NCBI GenBank assembly: GCA_964501135.1
Contig: CAZCRI010000001.1
Span: 128,393-192,392 of the forward strand
Length of the DNA stretch: 64,000 nt
Source of the DNA: an uncultured Candidatus Saccharibacteria bacterium
GTDB taxonomy: Bacteria > Patescibacteriota > CPR2 > UBA1875 > CAIMLA01
Direction of reading: 5' to 3'
Shown here: positions 1 through 9,070 of the stretch, in pieces
Layout: the number at the start of each line of letters is the position of its first letter
Numbering within the stretch: the stretch's first letter is position 1
Notes under the pieces: generated by a model
What the model was told of the DNA's origin: nothing
Database searches by the model: none
What the model saw: only the letters and a program-made list of their open reading frames with translations
Program-made: the position numbers and the translations under genes

Positions 1-1
1 G

Positions 2-592
2 ATTGAGGTTAACCTGAGAGACAAGAGCGCGACGAAGGCGGATCTCGCAAAAGTTCTAGGCAGCAACCTCGAAGAGGTGGGGAAGATGCAAGACCTGGTA
101 TCGGGGCTACTTTCTTTGGCGCGTGACGACCGGAGTAAGCTCCCTATTGTTAATTTTCCTGCCTATGAAGTAATCGAAGATGTTTGTAGTAAATATCGCA
201 AGATTAAGGGTGCGAAGATTGATAACTCTGTTGATAAGAACCTGAGTCTTGCCGCCGATAAAACTTACTTTTTGGAATTGATTTCTATCCTGATCGATAA
301 CGCCGTGAAGTATAGTGACGGCAATGTACAAGTGGCGGTACGCTCGATACCTCATGCCAAGCAGGTAGAGATTCAGGTAACGGACACTGGTGTTGGTATT
401 GGCGCCGACGATTTACCTCATATTTTTGATCGATTTTACCGAGTCGAAAGCTCACGGACAAAGAATACAGTCGAGGGCTATGGCCTCGGTTTATCTCTGG
501 CGAAGAAAATTGTTGAACTCCACAAAGGTGAAATCACGGTGGTAAGTAAGCTCGGTGAAGGCTCTACCTTCACTATCAAATTACCGCAGTAA
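2..592 (+). CDS. sensor histidine kinase, C-terminal portion (HisKA/HATPase_c); 5' end outside window
   Basis: reading frame open to window edge; HATPase_c N/G boxes (DNAVKYS, DTGVGIGADD, GYGLGLSLAKKIVELHKGEI). Confidence 0.8.
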   Translation: MEVNLRDKSATKADLAKVLGSNLEEVGKMQDLVSGLLSLARDDRSKLPIVNFPAYEVIEDVCSKYRKIKGAKIDNSVDKNLSLAADKTYFLELISILIDNAVKYSDGNVQVAVRSIPHAKQVEIQVTDTGVGIGADDLPHIFDRFYRVESSRTKNTVEGYGLGLSLAKKIVELHKGEITVVSKLGEGSTFTIKLPQ

Positions 593-2533
593 TTCTTTGA
601 GATAGTCTTTGAATAAGTTACGTTTGATGAGTGTGCTCACTGCTTTGTCGATTACCGCTCGCTTGTTAAGCAGGGTGTTGCACTCGCTAATCTCGAGGTC
701 AGTTCGTTTTTTATCTGTGTATTTACTACAGGAAAGAAAGGTATTGTTGTTTAAGTAGCGGATGTTTCCTGAGTAAATTTGTTCGTAGTTGTTTTCAAAG
801 GTGTTGGTGTAAAAGAAAGTCGGTGCACTACCAAAGAGGTCACGTCCAAACATCGGTGAGGTAGCCTTGGCTCCGACTAGATTGAGGATTGTGGGCATGA
901 TATCGAGGTGAGAACTGGGCTTTTTGATGGTTTCGCCCTTTGTCTGCCCCGGAAGCTTGATTACTAGCGGGACGCGCTTGCCACCCAGTGATTCCGGATC
1001 AATCCTTGCTGTGTCGGTAGTGAAGGCATCGTAGTGTGCCGTGTGGTCGCCATAAAGTACGATCAACGAATCGTCGTAAAGGCCTTCGGCCTTAAGTTTA
1101 TCGAAGAAATTACCGAGGCTGGCATCGGTGTAGTGAATTGCCTGTAGGTAATCATAGGTAAGGTTGGTGTATCTATCGCGGTTTAGGGTGAGAGTTTGAT
1201 TCTCCTTAGTCATTTCGAATGAGAAGTGGCTAGAGAGGGTGATTAGGTAACTAAGTGATTTTTGGGGGCTAGCCTTGATATAACCTGCAGACTGGGAGAG
1301 AAAATCGTTGTCAGACAGCCCCATATTCACGGTTTTTCCTGGTTTAAAGTTATCAGAGGCGTAGAACCGGTCAAAACCGAGTGATTTGTACATTGTGTTG
1401 CGGTTCCAATAACCGCGACTATTGGCGTGGTAAGCATCGGTATTGTAGCCGACTTTCTTGAGTTCCTTCTCTAGGCTGGTGAAATTGTCCTTAGCGTATT
1501 TTACAAAAACCGAGGAATCGGCCAGCGGGTAGAGCGAAGTATTGGCCGAGAAGTCGGCGTCGGAGGTACCCCCTGCACCGAGGGTAAAGTAGTGGTCGGA
1601 GAAGTAATTTGATCCAGAGATTAGCTTGTTTATGTTGGGTGTAATTTCCTGGCCTTCTACCTTTTTGTTGATATTGAAGTCATTGAGCGACTCCACCTGA
1701 ATCATGATAATGCGTTTACCACTGGCGCTACCGGTAAGTTTATTTTCCTTTGGCTTTACTACATGTTCTTTGAGGGTAGTAATAGTTTCTTCTTTGTCTA
1801 GAGGACTCAAATTTGTAACAGCAACTGCGAAATTTCGGGAGAAATCAAGGAGGTGCGTGCTGATCACGCCAATATTTTTGGCTACCACTTTGTTTTCCGA
1901 GGTTTGGTTGTAGAGGAAGGGTAATTTGGTTGCGAGGTCACTGTAGAAAATTCCCAGAATCGTTACAAGAGGGAGCAGTGCTACGGCTAGTCGCGCTTTC
2001 TTGCTAAGGCGACTGGCGGGGATTACCGGAAAGTCAATTCGCTTGCGGCGTCGTCTATGAATCCAAATAAAGACGATGTCTAGCACTAGGATGATGTCTG
2101 AGTAGGAAATAAGCTTGCTAACCCACGACGGTAAGTCAGCGATCAGTTGGCCACCTGTACCGAGCATGCTCATTACCGGCAGAGTCCCGAAAAAACGGAT
2201 GTAATAGCTATCACCAAGGAGAATGAGAGTGAGAATTATGTCCATCACAAAGAGGTAGGTGGCACGACGCCCTTTGATAAAGAGCTCAGGAATAGCGATT
2301 ATCCAGGCGGTTATGAGTGTGTAAACCATAAACGGCACAAGATTTTCGGTGTTAGGCCAGAGGTCGTTAGTAGCGCTGAATATCACAAGTTTTACGAAAA
2401 AAATAAGGGCAAAAACTACTACGATTCTTTCACGGAGATAGCGAGACTCATCCACGGTCTCTATCTTGTGTGGCGACCAGAACTTGTGCAGTTCGCGCCC
2501 GATAGGTTTTAGGAGCTTTGGTGTTTTCATCAT
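581..2533 (-). CDS. LtaS-family lipoteichoic acid synthase / sulfatase-superfamily phosphoglycerol transferase (N-terminal multi-TM, C-terminal sulfatase domain)
   Basis: 650 aa; N-terminal hydrophobic segments; alkaline-phosphatase/sulfatase-like core (MIQVESLNDFNI, GGTSDADFSANTSLYP, YGDHTAHYD). Confidence 0.7.
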   Translation of the reverse strand: MMKTPKLLKPIGRELHKFWSPHKIETVDESRYLRERIVVVFALIFFVKLVIFSATNDLWPNTENLVPFMVYTLITAWIIAIPELFIKGRRATYLFVMDIILTLILLGDSYYIRFFGTLPVMSMLGTGGQLIADLPSWVSKLISYSDIILVLDIVFIWIHRRRRKRIDFPVIPASRLSKKARLAVALLPLVTILGIFYSDLATKLPFLYNQTSENKVVAKNIGVISTHLLDFSRNFAVAVTNLSPLDKEETITTLKEHVVKPKENKLTGSASGKRIIMIQVESLNDFNINKKVEGQEITPNINKLISGSNYFSDHYFTLGAGGTSDADFSANTSLYPLADSSVFVKYAKDNFTSLEKELKKVGYNTDAYHANSRGYWNRNTMYKSLGFDRFYASDNFKPGKTVNMGLSDNDFLSQSAGYIKASPQKSLSYLITLSSHFSFEMTKENQTLTLNRDRYTNLTYDYLQAIHYTDASLGNFFDKLKAEGLYDDSLIVLYGDHTAHYDAFTTDTARIDPESLGGKRVPLVIKLPGQTKGETIKKPSSHLDIMPTILNLVGAKATSPMFGRDLFGSAPTFFYTNTFENNYEQIYSGNIRYLNNNTFLSCSKYTDKKRTDLEISECNTLLNKRAVIDKAVSTLIKRNLFKDYLKELLR

Positions 2534-2607
2534 AACAATAGTAACAAAATTTGCTGATATTAGTTAGCCTACGAGGAACAGAGGGGATATTCTGTTATAA
2601 TCTTTCT

Positions 2608-3771
2608 ATGAAAAGATTCCGAGTAATAACTCCACTAGTTTTTTTACTAGCAGCGGCAGCAGGCTATTTTTTATTCTTAACTTTTAGTGGCCACATTACA
2701 CCAAATCCAGTTTCTGAGGCAGTAGTTGCTAGTGTACGACCGTATCCGGCGCTAGCAAGTCCAAAGACCGTAACGCTTAGCTGTGCCTATCATGGTGATA
2801 ATGTTTCGGTAGACGAAACCCTTTATGGTAGTTTGGCAGATTATTACCGCAACAACCCGGCTAAATATAGTGCTTTTTATCATAATCAGAATGAGAAATA
2901 TGTCTACAGTTATAAACAGGATAGAACTATCCCTGAGTTAACAGCAAAGATTAAGAAAATTGGTACCGAGAAGGGGCTAAGTGGGGATCAAACTCTAGAT
3001 CTTGCTACTTGTTTATTGCAAAGCATCCCATACGACAGCGAGAAAGCGGCTAGAATTCTGAGCCCCGATTACTACAAATTGGCTGCAGATCAGCTGGTGC
3101 CACGTTATCCTTATGAGACGCTATATGACGGCAAGGGGATTTGTACCGACAAGTCTTTTCTTGGAGCTGCAGTATTTCGTGAACTTGGTTATGGTACTTC
3201 ACTTTTAACCTTTGATAGTCAGCGCCACATGTCTATTGGAATCACAGTTCCTGATGGTATGGGGGACTTCGGAACCAAGTATGGCATCGTAGAACTCACA
3301 GGAAGTAATTTTCTGGTGGGAGACATCCCTGAAATTAGCGCGAACGCTGGCTTGGCTGTTGGCGGTGTCCAAACAATTCCAAACGTAACCACTGACAGCT
3401 CGGTTACTACAGAAAAGAAGACGGCACTCTCGGCACTTAGCGCCGCGATACCAATCTCAAGCGGAGCCACCTATAGCCGAATCAGCGAGAGAATGGCCCT
3501 CAAGAATGAGATTTCTTCGCTTCAGCCACAGTTGGAATCTGCGCGAAATAGTTATCTAAATCTAAAGGCCGCCTTGACGGCAGCCGAAGAGGTGCTGCAG
3601 CAAACAGAAGCCAGCTACAAACAGAATCCTACGAATGCCAGCTACTCCCGTTACTCAACCACTTATAATTCGTATCTCGCCGCCTATAACGCAGCGACGG
3701 CAGCAGTAGACGAGTATAATTCGCTTGTAAACAAATACAATGGGCTGGTAGCAAGGTACAAAGAGTTTTAG
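2608..3771 (+). CDS. hypothetical secreted/membrane-anchored protein with C-terminal coiled-coil-like tail
   Basis: ORF 2551-3771; internal ATG 2608 gives signal/TM-like N-terminus MKRFRVITPLVFLLAAAAGYFLF. Confidence 0.55.
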   Translation: MKRFRVITPLVFLLAAAAGYFLFLTFSGHITPNPVSEAVVASVRPYPALASPKTVTLSCAYHGDNVSVDETLYGSLADYYRNNPAKYSAFYHNQNEKYVYSYKQDRTIPELTAKIKKIGTEKGLSGDQTLDLATCLLQSIPYDSEKAARILSPDYYKLAADQLVPRYPYETLYDGKGICTDKSFLGAAVFRELGYGTSLLTFDSQRHMSIGITVPDGMGDFGTKYGIVELTGSNFLVGDIPEISANAGLAVGGVQTIPNVTTDSSVTTEKKTALSALSAAIPISSGATYSRISERMALKNEISSLQPQLESARNSYLNLKAALTAAEEVLQQTEASYKQNPTNASYSRYSTTYNSYLAAYNAATAAVDEYNSLVNKYNGLVARYKEF

Positions 3772-4071
3772 TTGAGGGTAGGTATAAAATGTGCTAAAAT
3801 TAGCACGCAAATTTGATGTTGCCGCACCTTGTTGTAGAGAGATTCTATTTAGCTTTCTTGGGACCCGATAAGACAATCTGGCCTCGCTAAAGCAAGGCGC
3901 CTATTTGGTACTTTTGTCTATCGTCACAAAAGTACCGCAAAAAGACTCTTTCTATGCGGCGGTCTGCGGACCTTCGCAACAGCCAGTTTGGTTTTGTCTA
4001 AAGAGAATGATAAATAGGCACTAGTGAATCGAATCTATAAGAGAGAATATTCTCTTTGTGGTGTTAATTGC

Positions 4072-4145
4072 GCGGGTATAGTTTACCGGTAGAACGTGAC
4101 CTTCCCAAGGTCGAGAAACGGGTTCGATTCCCGTTACCCGCTCCA
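4072..4145 (+). tRNA. tRNA-Gly (anticodon CCC), CCA encoded
   Basis: cloverleaf: acceptor GCGGGTA/TACCCGC, anticodon stem TGACC/GGTCG with loop TTCCCAA, T-loop TTCGATT. Confidence 0.85.
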
Positions 4146-4274
4146 CGTCGCAGTTCACTGTCAGGCTGCACGTCTGGTGGAACCAGACATTCCACCTTTT
4201 CGCGACTGCTCCTTTCCGAGAAAAACCTCCGGTTTTTCTCGTTTGGAGAACGACAAAGCGCTCGCTTCGCTCGC

Positions 4275-4349
4275 GCCGATGTAGCTCAGGGGTAGAGCAG
4301 CACTTTCGTAAAGTGTTGGTCGGTGGTTCGATTCCACTCATCGGCTCCA
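4275..4349 (+). tRNA. tRNA-Thr (anticodon CGT), discriminator U, CCA encoded
   Basis: acceptor GCCGATG/CATCGGC, anticodon loop TTCGTAA, T-loop TTCGATT. Confidence 0.85.
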
Positions 4350-4388
4350 GTAATATCATTTGAAGTAGTATTGGAATATAATACAGAT

Positions 4389-4784
4389 ATGTCAAAGCTT
4401 ATAAAGTTAATTGAAAAATATCGCCTCAAGGCTATAGAGGATTTTGGAACGTCTTTTTATCATGATCCAATTATGCTTGGTCTGGTATCCTTCTTTTCTA
4501 TTTTATTGGTCTCGCTACTTCTGCTCCTTATTTTCCGTGTACAGCCAGGAGCGGTCGTGCCTCTTACCTATAATGTTGTTTACGGCGTGACTTATTCGTC
4601 AACTTGGTTTGGGCCATATTACTATCTTCTGGCCCTAGTTGGTTTTGGGCTTATCAATTATCTTATTGCTTGGGCTTATTTTGACAAGGAACGGCTACTC
4701 TCGTATCTCATTTCTTGCGTCAATATCTTACTAGCGGCATTAGTAATCCTATATGTCTTTAATCTAACAGCGTTGGTTTCCTGA
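4389..4784 (+). CDS. small integral membrane protein, hypothetical
   Basis: ORF 4323-4784 overlaps tRNA-Thr at 5' end; ATG 4389 after tRNA; 3-4 hydrophobic helices. Confidence 0.5.
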   Translation: MSKLIKLIEKYRLKAIEDFGTSFYHDPIMLGLVSFFSILLVSLLLLLIFRVQPGAVVPLTYNVVYGVTYSSTWFGPYYYLLALVGFGLINYLIAWAYFDKERLLSYLISCVNILLAALVILYVFNLTALVS

Positions 4785-6412
4785 TGAAAAAAGACTTTGT
4801 AGATAGCCGGATTTTCAACAGGTTTCTGGAAATCATGCCTGGCTTCGTAGCGCTTTCTTACCTTATTTTGCCTTTTGTACTTGCGCCGACCTTTCCTGTA
4901 ATCGTCGCATACTTTATTTTGGCTTTTAATTTCTACTGGTTTATAAAGGCAATCAATATCATGAGACACATGATAAACGGATTTCAGCACATGTGGCACG
5001 ACATGAAGGTGGACTTTTTGGCACGTGCCAAGATGGCCACAACAGACCCTGCCAAGCTCGAAAAGGAACTTCGCGCTAGATACGAAAAAAGTAACAATCG
5101 GTTGGATTACCTGGATTGGTTGGAGTTTTCTCACCTTGAGGGTAGATACGATAACATCAAGAATTGGGAAGATATCTATCAGGTTGTTTTCGTTACCAAC
5201 TATCAGGAAGAGTACTACATCACCGAGTCTACCTTTGAAGCGCTCAGAGACTCGAATTTTCCAAATGACAAAATCATTGTAGTTTCTTGTGGAGAGAAGC
5301 GAGATGAAGAAAATTACCTCAAAGTTCAGGCCGAGATCGAGAAAAATTTCGGTGGAGTCTTCCGCGATATGTACTTTTTTATGCACGAAGTGATGCCAGA
5401 TGAAGTCATCGGCAAGGGTGGAAACTTATACTCGGCAATGTCCAAATTCTATGAGGTGTTTAAGGAAAAGTACCCAGATGTGCGCCCAGAGAGCGTAATT
5501 TGCACCACTTTAGATGGTGACCACATCCCTCACAAAGAGTATTTTGCCGAGATTACCTACAAGCACATTATCGACCCTGATCGTGACCGTAAAACTTATC
5601 AGCCAAATATCTTGATGTTCAACAATATTTGGGATGCACCTTCTCCAAGCCGCGTTCTTGCCGTAGCTTCCAGCTTTTGGCAGATGGTAGAGTCGATGCG
5701 TCCTTACCGATTACGTACCTTTGCTTCCCATTCACAGAGTTTATCTACCTTGCTCACAACTGACTTCGTCTCCAGGTATACTATCGTTGAGGATGGCCAC
5801 CAGTATTGGCGTACTTATTTTGCCTTCAACGGAAACCACGAGATGATGCCAATCTATGTGCCAATCTATCATGATACGGTTCTGGGTAATAATTTCTGGG
5901 AAACACTCAAAAACCAATACAAGCAACGTCGTCGTTGGGCTTGGGGAATCTCGGACTTTCCATTTATTATTAAAAACTATATGCGCCACCCAGAGATTCC
6001 TTTTTGGGAGAAGTTTATCCAGACATATCGCCACGTCGCAGGGCATATTTCCTGGTCAACCTCGTCTTTCCTCTTGGCTTTCGCCTGGATCCCGCTGCTC
6101 TTTAATAGCTCATTCCAAGATACCGTACTTGCGCACAATGTTTCTATCTACAGTTCGATGATGCTCAAGCTTGCCTGGATTGCAGTATTTGCGAATGCTT
6201 GGCTTTATTTCTTACTCTTACCTCCGTTGCCCAAGCGTTTCGAAAAGACCCGCGTTTTGCGTTATGCCGGGATGGTTTTCCAGTGGGCGATAGCCCCATT
6301 TGTGCCGATATTACTATCTTCCTTGCCGGCGCTAGAGTCACAAATACGTCTTATGTTTGGCCAGAGTCTAAACGTCTTCTGGACAACGCCAAAAGTTCGC
6401 GGAAGAGATTAA
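4784..6412 (+). CDS. family-2 processive beta-glycosyltransferase (cellulose/chitin-synthase-like; D,D,D,Q(Q/R)XRW signature) with N- and C-terminal TM segments
   Basis: 542 aa; TLDGDH motif and QYKQRRRWAWG (QxxRW) motif; flanking TM helices. Confidence 0.7.
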   Translation: MKKDFVDSRIFNRFLEIMPGFVALSYLILPFVLAPTFPVIVAYFILAFNFYWFIKAINIMRHMINGFQHMWHDMKVDFLARAKMATTDPAKLEKELRARYEKSNNRLDYLDWLEFSHLEGRYDNIKNWEDIYQVVFVTNYQEEYYITESTFEALRDSNFPNDKIIVVSCGEKRDEENYLKVQAEIEKNFGGVFRDMYFFMHEVMPDEVIGKGGNLYSAMSKFYEVFKEKYPDVRPESVICTTLDGDHIPHKEYFAEITYKHIIDPDRDRKTYQPNILMFNNIWDAPSPSRVLAVASSFWQMVESMRPYRLRTFASHSQSLSTLLTTDFVSRYTIVEDGHQYWRTYFAFNGNHEMMPIYVPIYHDTVLGNNFWETLKNQYKQRRRWAWGISDFPFIIKNYMRHPEIPFWEKFIQTYRHVAGHISWSTSSFLLAFAWIPLLFNSSFQDTVLAHNVSIYSSMMLKLAWIAVFANAWLYFLLLPPLPKRFEKTRVLRYAGMVFQWAIAPFVPILLSSLPALESQIRLMFGQSLNVFWTTPKVRGRD

Positions 6413-6445
6413 AAAAAGAGACCCCCACTGGGTCCCTTTTTGGTA

Positions 6446-6679
6446 TTAGGCTTCTATGTCGGGAGTCTTTGCTGCCGCTTCCTCTTCGGCAAGCTTGATT
6501 TCTGCATATGCTCCAGCTTCATCAAAAATGGACTGGGCCTTTACTAAATCATTCTGAGAGGCTTCTGCGTTTTCCGGGGAAAGGTTATCGTAGTACTCGG
6601 TTACTAATTCTTGCCTTCTAATTTCCCTAGGTGTTTGCTGCTCGCCCCCGCCTTCTCCACCGCCTTCAAAGTTTCCCAT
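6446..6679 (-). CDS. small acidic hypothetical protein (77 aa)
   Basis: own AAGGA RBS and TATAAT -10 upstream on minus strand; Gly/Glu-rich N-terminus. Confidence 0.5.
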   Translation of the reverse strand: MGNFEGGGEGGGEQQTPREIRRQELVTEYYDNLSPENAEASQNDLVKAQSIFDEAGAYAEIKLAEEEAAAKTPDIEA

Positions 6680-6779
6680 AGCTTTTCCTTTCGTTACTTA
6701 TATGATTATAGCTATCGTTTGTGGTCAAAATCAAGCTTCTCTATTTCTACTTTTATAAGTTACGCGGTATAATATACAC

Positions 6780-7115
6780 ATGGATGAGAGAAATTTTTCT
6801 AATATATTTCGCAAAGCCACGGGGCATTTCTTTTGCCCAGCTTGCGGTAGTAAATACACTGGGACCGAGATTGAGTCGATCGAAAGGCATGATGCCGGGT
6901 ACCTGGTCTCTGTTGCGTGCGCTAGCTGTAACTTGAAGCTTTCGATGCATGTGGTCACCAAGGGATTTTCGTCTAATCTTTCTGATAGTACGGGTTTTGA
7001 CGACGCCGATATCTCGGTTGACGAGATTATAGATTTTCATGAGAGGCTAAAAACTTTTGATGGCAATTTCCGACGAGTTTTTACCTCTAGGATTGACCAA
7101 AACCGCTTATTTTGA
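6780..7115 (+). CDS. zinc-ribbon protein (two CxxC pairs), hypothetical; probable leaderless mRNA
   Basis: CPACGS...CASC; TATAAT at 6768-6773 only 6 nt before ATG. Confidence 0.55.
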   Translation: MDERNFSNIFRKATGHFFCPACGSKYTGTEIESIERHDAGYLVSVACASCNLKLSMHVVTKGFSSNLSDSTGFDDADISVDEIIDFHERLKTFDGNFRRVFTSRIDQNRLF

Positions 7116-7252
7116 TAGAATGAGTCAGCTGAAGTGAATCTTCGGCATATTTCTTAGCTTAGAACTTTATAAACTTTACACTTTATAGCTGAAGTGACCG
7201 CCCCGACGTAATAGTCGGGATCCCGAAAGGAGCTTCGGGGGAAGGAACGATA

Positions 7253-7933
7253 ATGGGCGAAAAAGAGAAACTAGTAGCAAAAGAGCGAACCGTTAAGGGC
7301 AAGCAGGTACGAGCACTTCGTAGTGCTGGGCTTACACCGGTGGTAATTTATGGTAATGATCGAAAGCCAGTGGCTCTAGAGGTTAATTCTCATGATTTTG
7401 CCTTGCTTTACCGCAAAGCGGGTGGAAACACTATCGTAGCTATGGATATTGAAAAAGAGGATGGGACCAAAGAACGCAAGAACGTTCTGATTCATGAAGT
7501 TGCTGTTGATGGCGTCAAAGGACACATTCTCCACGCTGATCTTTTGCAGATTAATATGAAAGAGAAGCTTACTACTTCTATCCCATTGAAATTCGTTGGT
7601 GATTCGCTTGCAGTTATCGACCTTCAAGGTTCTTTGCTCGAGGCTTTAGATGAGATTGAAGTAGAGTGTCTACCTTCAGATCTACCTCATGAAATCGAAG
7701 TTGATCTTTCACCACTAGTTGATTTCGAAGCGGTAATTCACGTTTCAGATATCGTAGCACCAGAGGGAGTCACTATTCTCACCGATCCAGAGGCTACAGT
7801 AGCTCACGTAGAAGCTCCACGTAGCGACGAAGAACTAGAAGAGCTTGAGGAAACTCCTGAGACTCCAGAAGCCCCAGAGAGCGAACATGGCGAAGCCGAA
7901 GAAGCTACCGAAGGCGAAGAAAAAGCCGAATAA
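7253..7933 (+). CDS. rplY: 50S ribosomal protein L25 / general stress protein Ctc, with acidic C-terminal tail
   Basis: N-terminal L25 fold sequence (KERTVKGKQVRALRSAGLTPVVIYG...), beta-barrel C domain, E-rich tail. Confidence 0.85.
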   Translation: MGEKEKLVAKERTVKGKQVRALRSAGLTPVVIYGNDRKPVALEVNSHDFALLYRKAGGNTIVAMDIEKEDGTKERKNVLIHEVAVDGVKGHILHADLLQINMKEKLTTSIPLKFVGDSLAVIDLQGSLLEALDEIEVECLPSDLPHEIEVDLSPLVDFEAVIHVSDIVAPEGVTILTDPEATVAHVEAPRSDEELEELEETPETPEAPESEHGEAEEATEGEEKAE

Positions 7934-7995
7934 TAAATATTTTGCACAAAACCGCCCCTATACACTGGGGCGGTTTTTGATTATAATTATTCGTA

Positions 7996-9069
7996 ATGAA
8001 ACTACCAGAGATTAATCTTCGTAAGCTCAAGGGCTTTCTCTTTCAGCACCGAATTAGTGTGGCGATTGTTTTCGTCGCTATTGTCGCTGCTTGCGGAGCT
8101 ACCTGGTATGGCCTAAGCAGGAACATCTCGGTCGATTTGGGCCCGCTAAAACTAAAAGAGAAGGTGGAAACGCGAGTTCCGGCCCCTCTCACTGGTGAGC
8201 TCGTCGATTCTTCGGTTATCACAAAGCGGCCAATCGCTGTCGTGATTGAGAATCACCCTGATGCGAGGCCACAGAGTGGCTACAATGATGCAGATCTTGT
8301 ATATGAGACGCTTGCTGAAGGTGGAATCACTCGTACCTTGGCGATCTTCCAGTCCAAGAGCAGTAACGAAATTGGCCCAGTTCGTTCGGCACGCTCATAT
8401 TTTGTTGATTGGTTGACCGCCTACGGGGCACTTTTTGGTCATGTTGGGGGTAATGCCGATGCACTCGATCTGGTTTCACAGATTGGGGTTGCAGATTTGA
8501 ATCAGTTCTATAACGGTGGCAATTACTGGCGTTCAAGTGATCGCTACGCGCCACATAATGTTTACACTACCACAGACAAGCTCTATGCTGCGGCTAAGGC
8601 TAATAATCTCTCTACAACCGCAACGGTTGGTAGTCTAAAATTCAAGAAAGATCTAGTCGAAAAAGATCGACCCGCAACTCAAAACGTTAGTATTGAATTC
8701 TCATACGGAGACTTTACTGCTGGCTATACCTACGTACCAAAGACAAATACTTACTCGCGTTCAATTGCGGGGGAAGCAGCTAAAGATAAGAATACGGGAA
8801 TCCAAATTGCACCAAAGAACGTAATCGTGGAATTTACTCCGATTACACCTTATGTTAATTACGCCGGTGAGCAAGGAGTACGGATTACCGACATTGGTAG
8901 CGGCTCCGGATATCTATTTCAGGATGGTAAGTCCGTAAAGATTACTTGGTCAAAGAGTTCAAGGGAAGCAAGGACAAAGTATACTGACGAAAGCGGCAAG
9001 GAAATCGAGCTTAATCCTGGGCAGACCTGGATCGAAGTTGTTCCTACTGGAAATAGTGTGACTTTCTAA
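7996..9069 (+). CDS. DUF3048 (YerB-like) membrane-anchored extracytoplasmic protein
   Basis: N-terminal TM; conserved core PIAVVIENHPDARPQSGYNDADLVYETLAEGGITRTLAIF. Confidence 0.6.
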   Translation: MKLPEINLRKLKGFLFQHRISVAIVFVAIVAACGATWYGLSRNISVDLGPLKLKEKVETRVPAPLTGELVDSSVITKRPIAVVIENHPDARPQSGYNDADLVYETLAEGGITRTLAIFQSKSSNEIGPVRSARSYFVDWLTAYGALFGHVGGNADALDLVSQIGVADLNQFYNGGNYWRSSDRYAPHNVYTTTDKLYAAAKANNLSTTATVGSLKFKKDLVEKDRPATQNVSIEFSYGDFTAGYTYVPKTNTYSRSIAGEAAKDKNTGIQIAPKNVIVEFTPITPYVNYAGEQGVRITDIGSGSGYLFQDGKSVKITWSKSSREARTKYTDESGKEIELNPGQTWIEVVPTGNSVTF

Positions 9070-9070
9070 C

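Noticed and set aside
4021-4395. 124-aa minus-strand ORF, and the 75-aa and 62-aa plus-strand ORFs at 4068-4295
   Set aside because: They overlap the tRNA-Gly and tRNA-Thr genes and the structured spacer. There is no RBS, and the composition is driven by the tRNA sequences.
4676-5386. 236-aa minus-strand ORF
   Set aside because: It is antisense to the well-supported QxxRW glycosyltransferase gene and has no independent signals.
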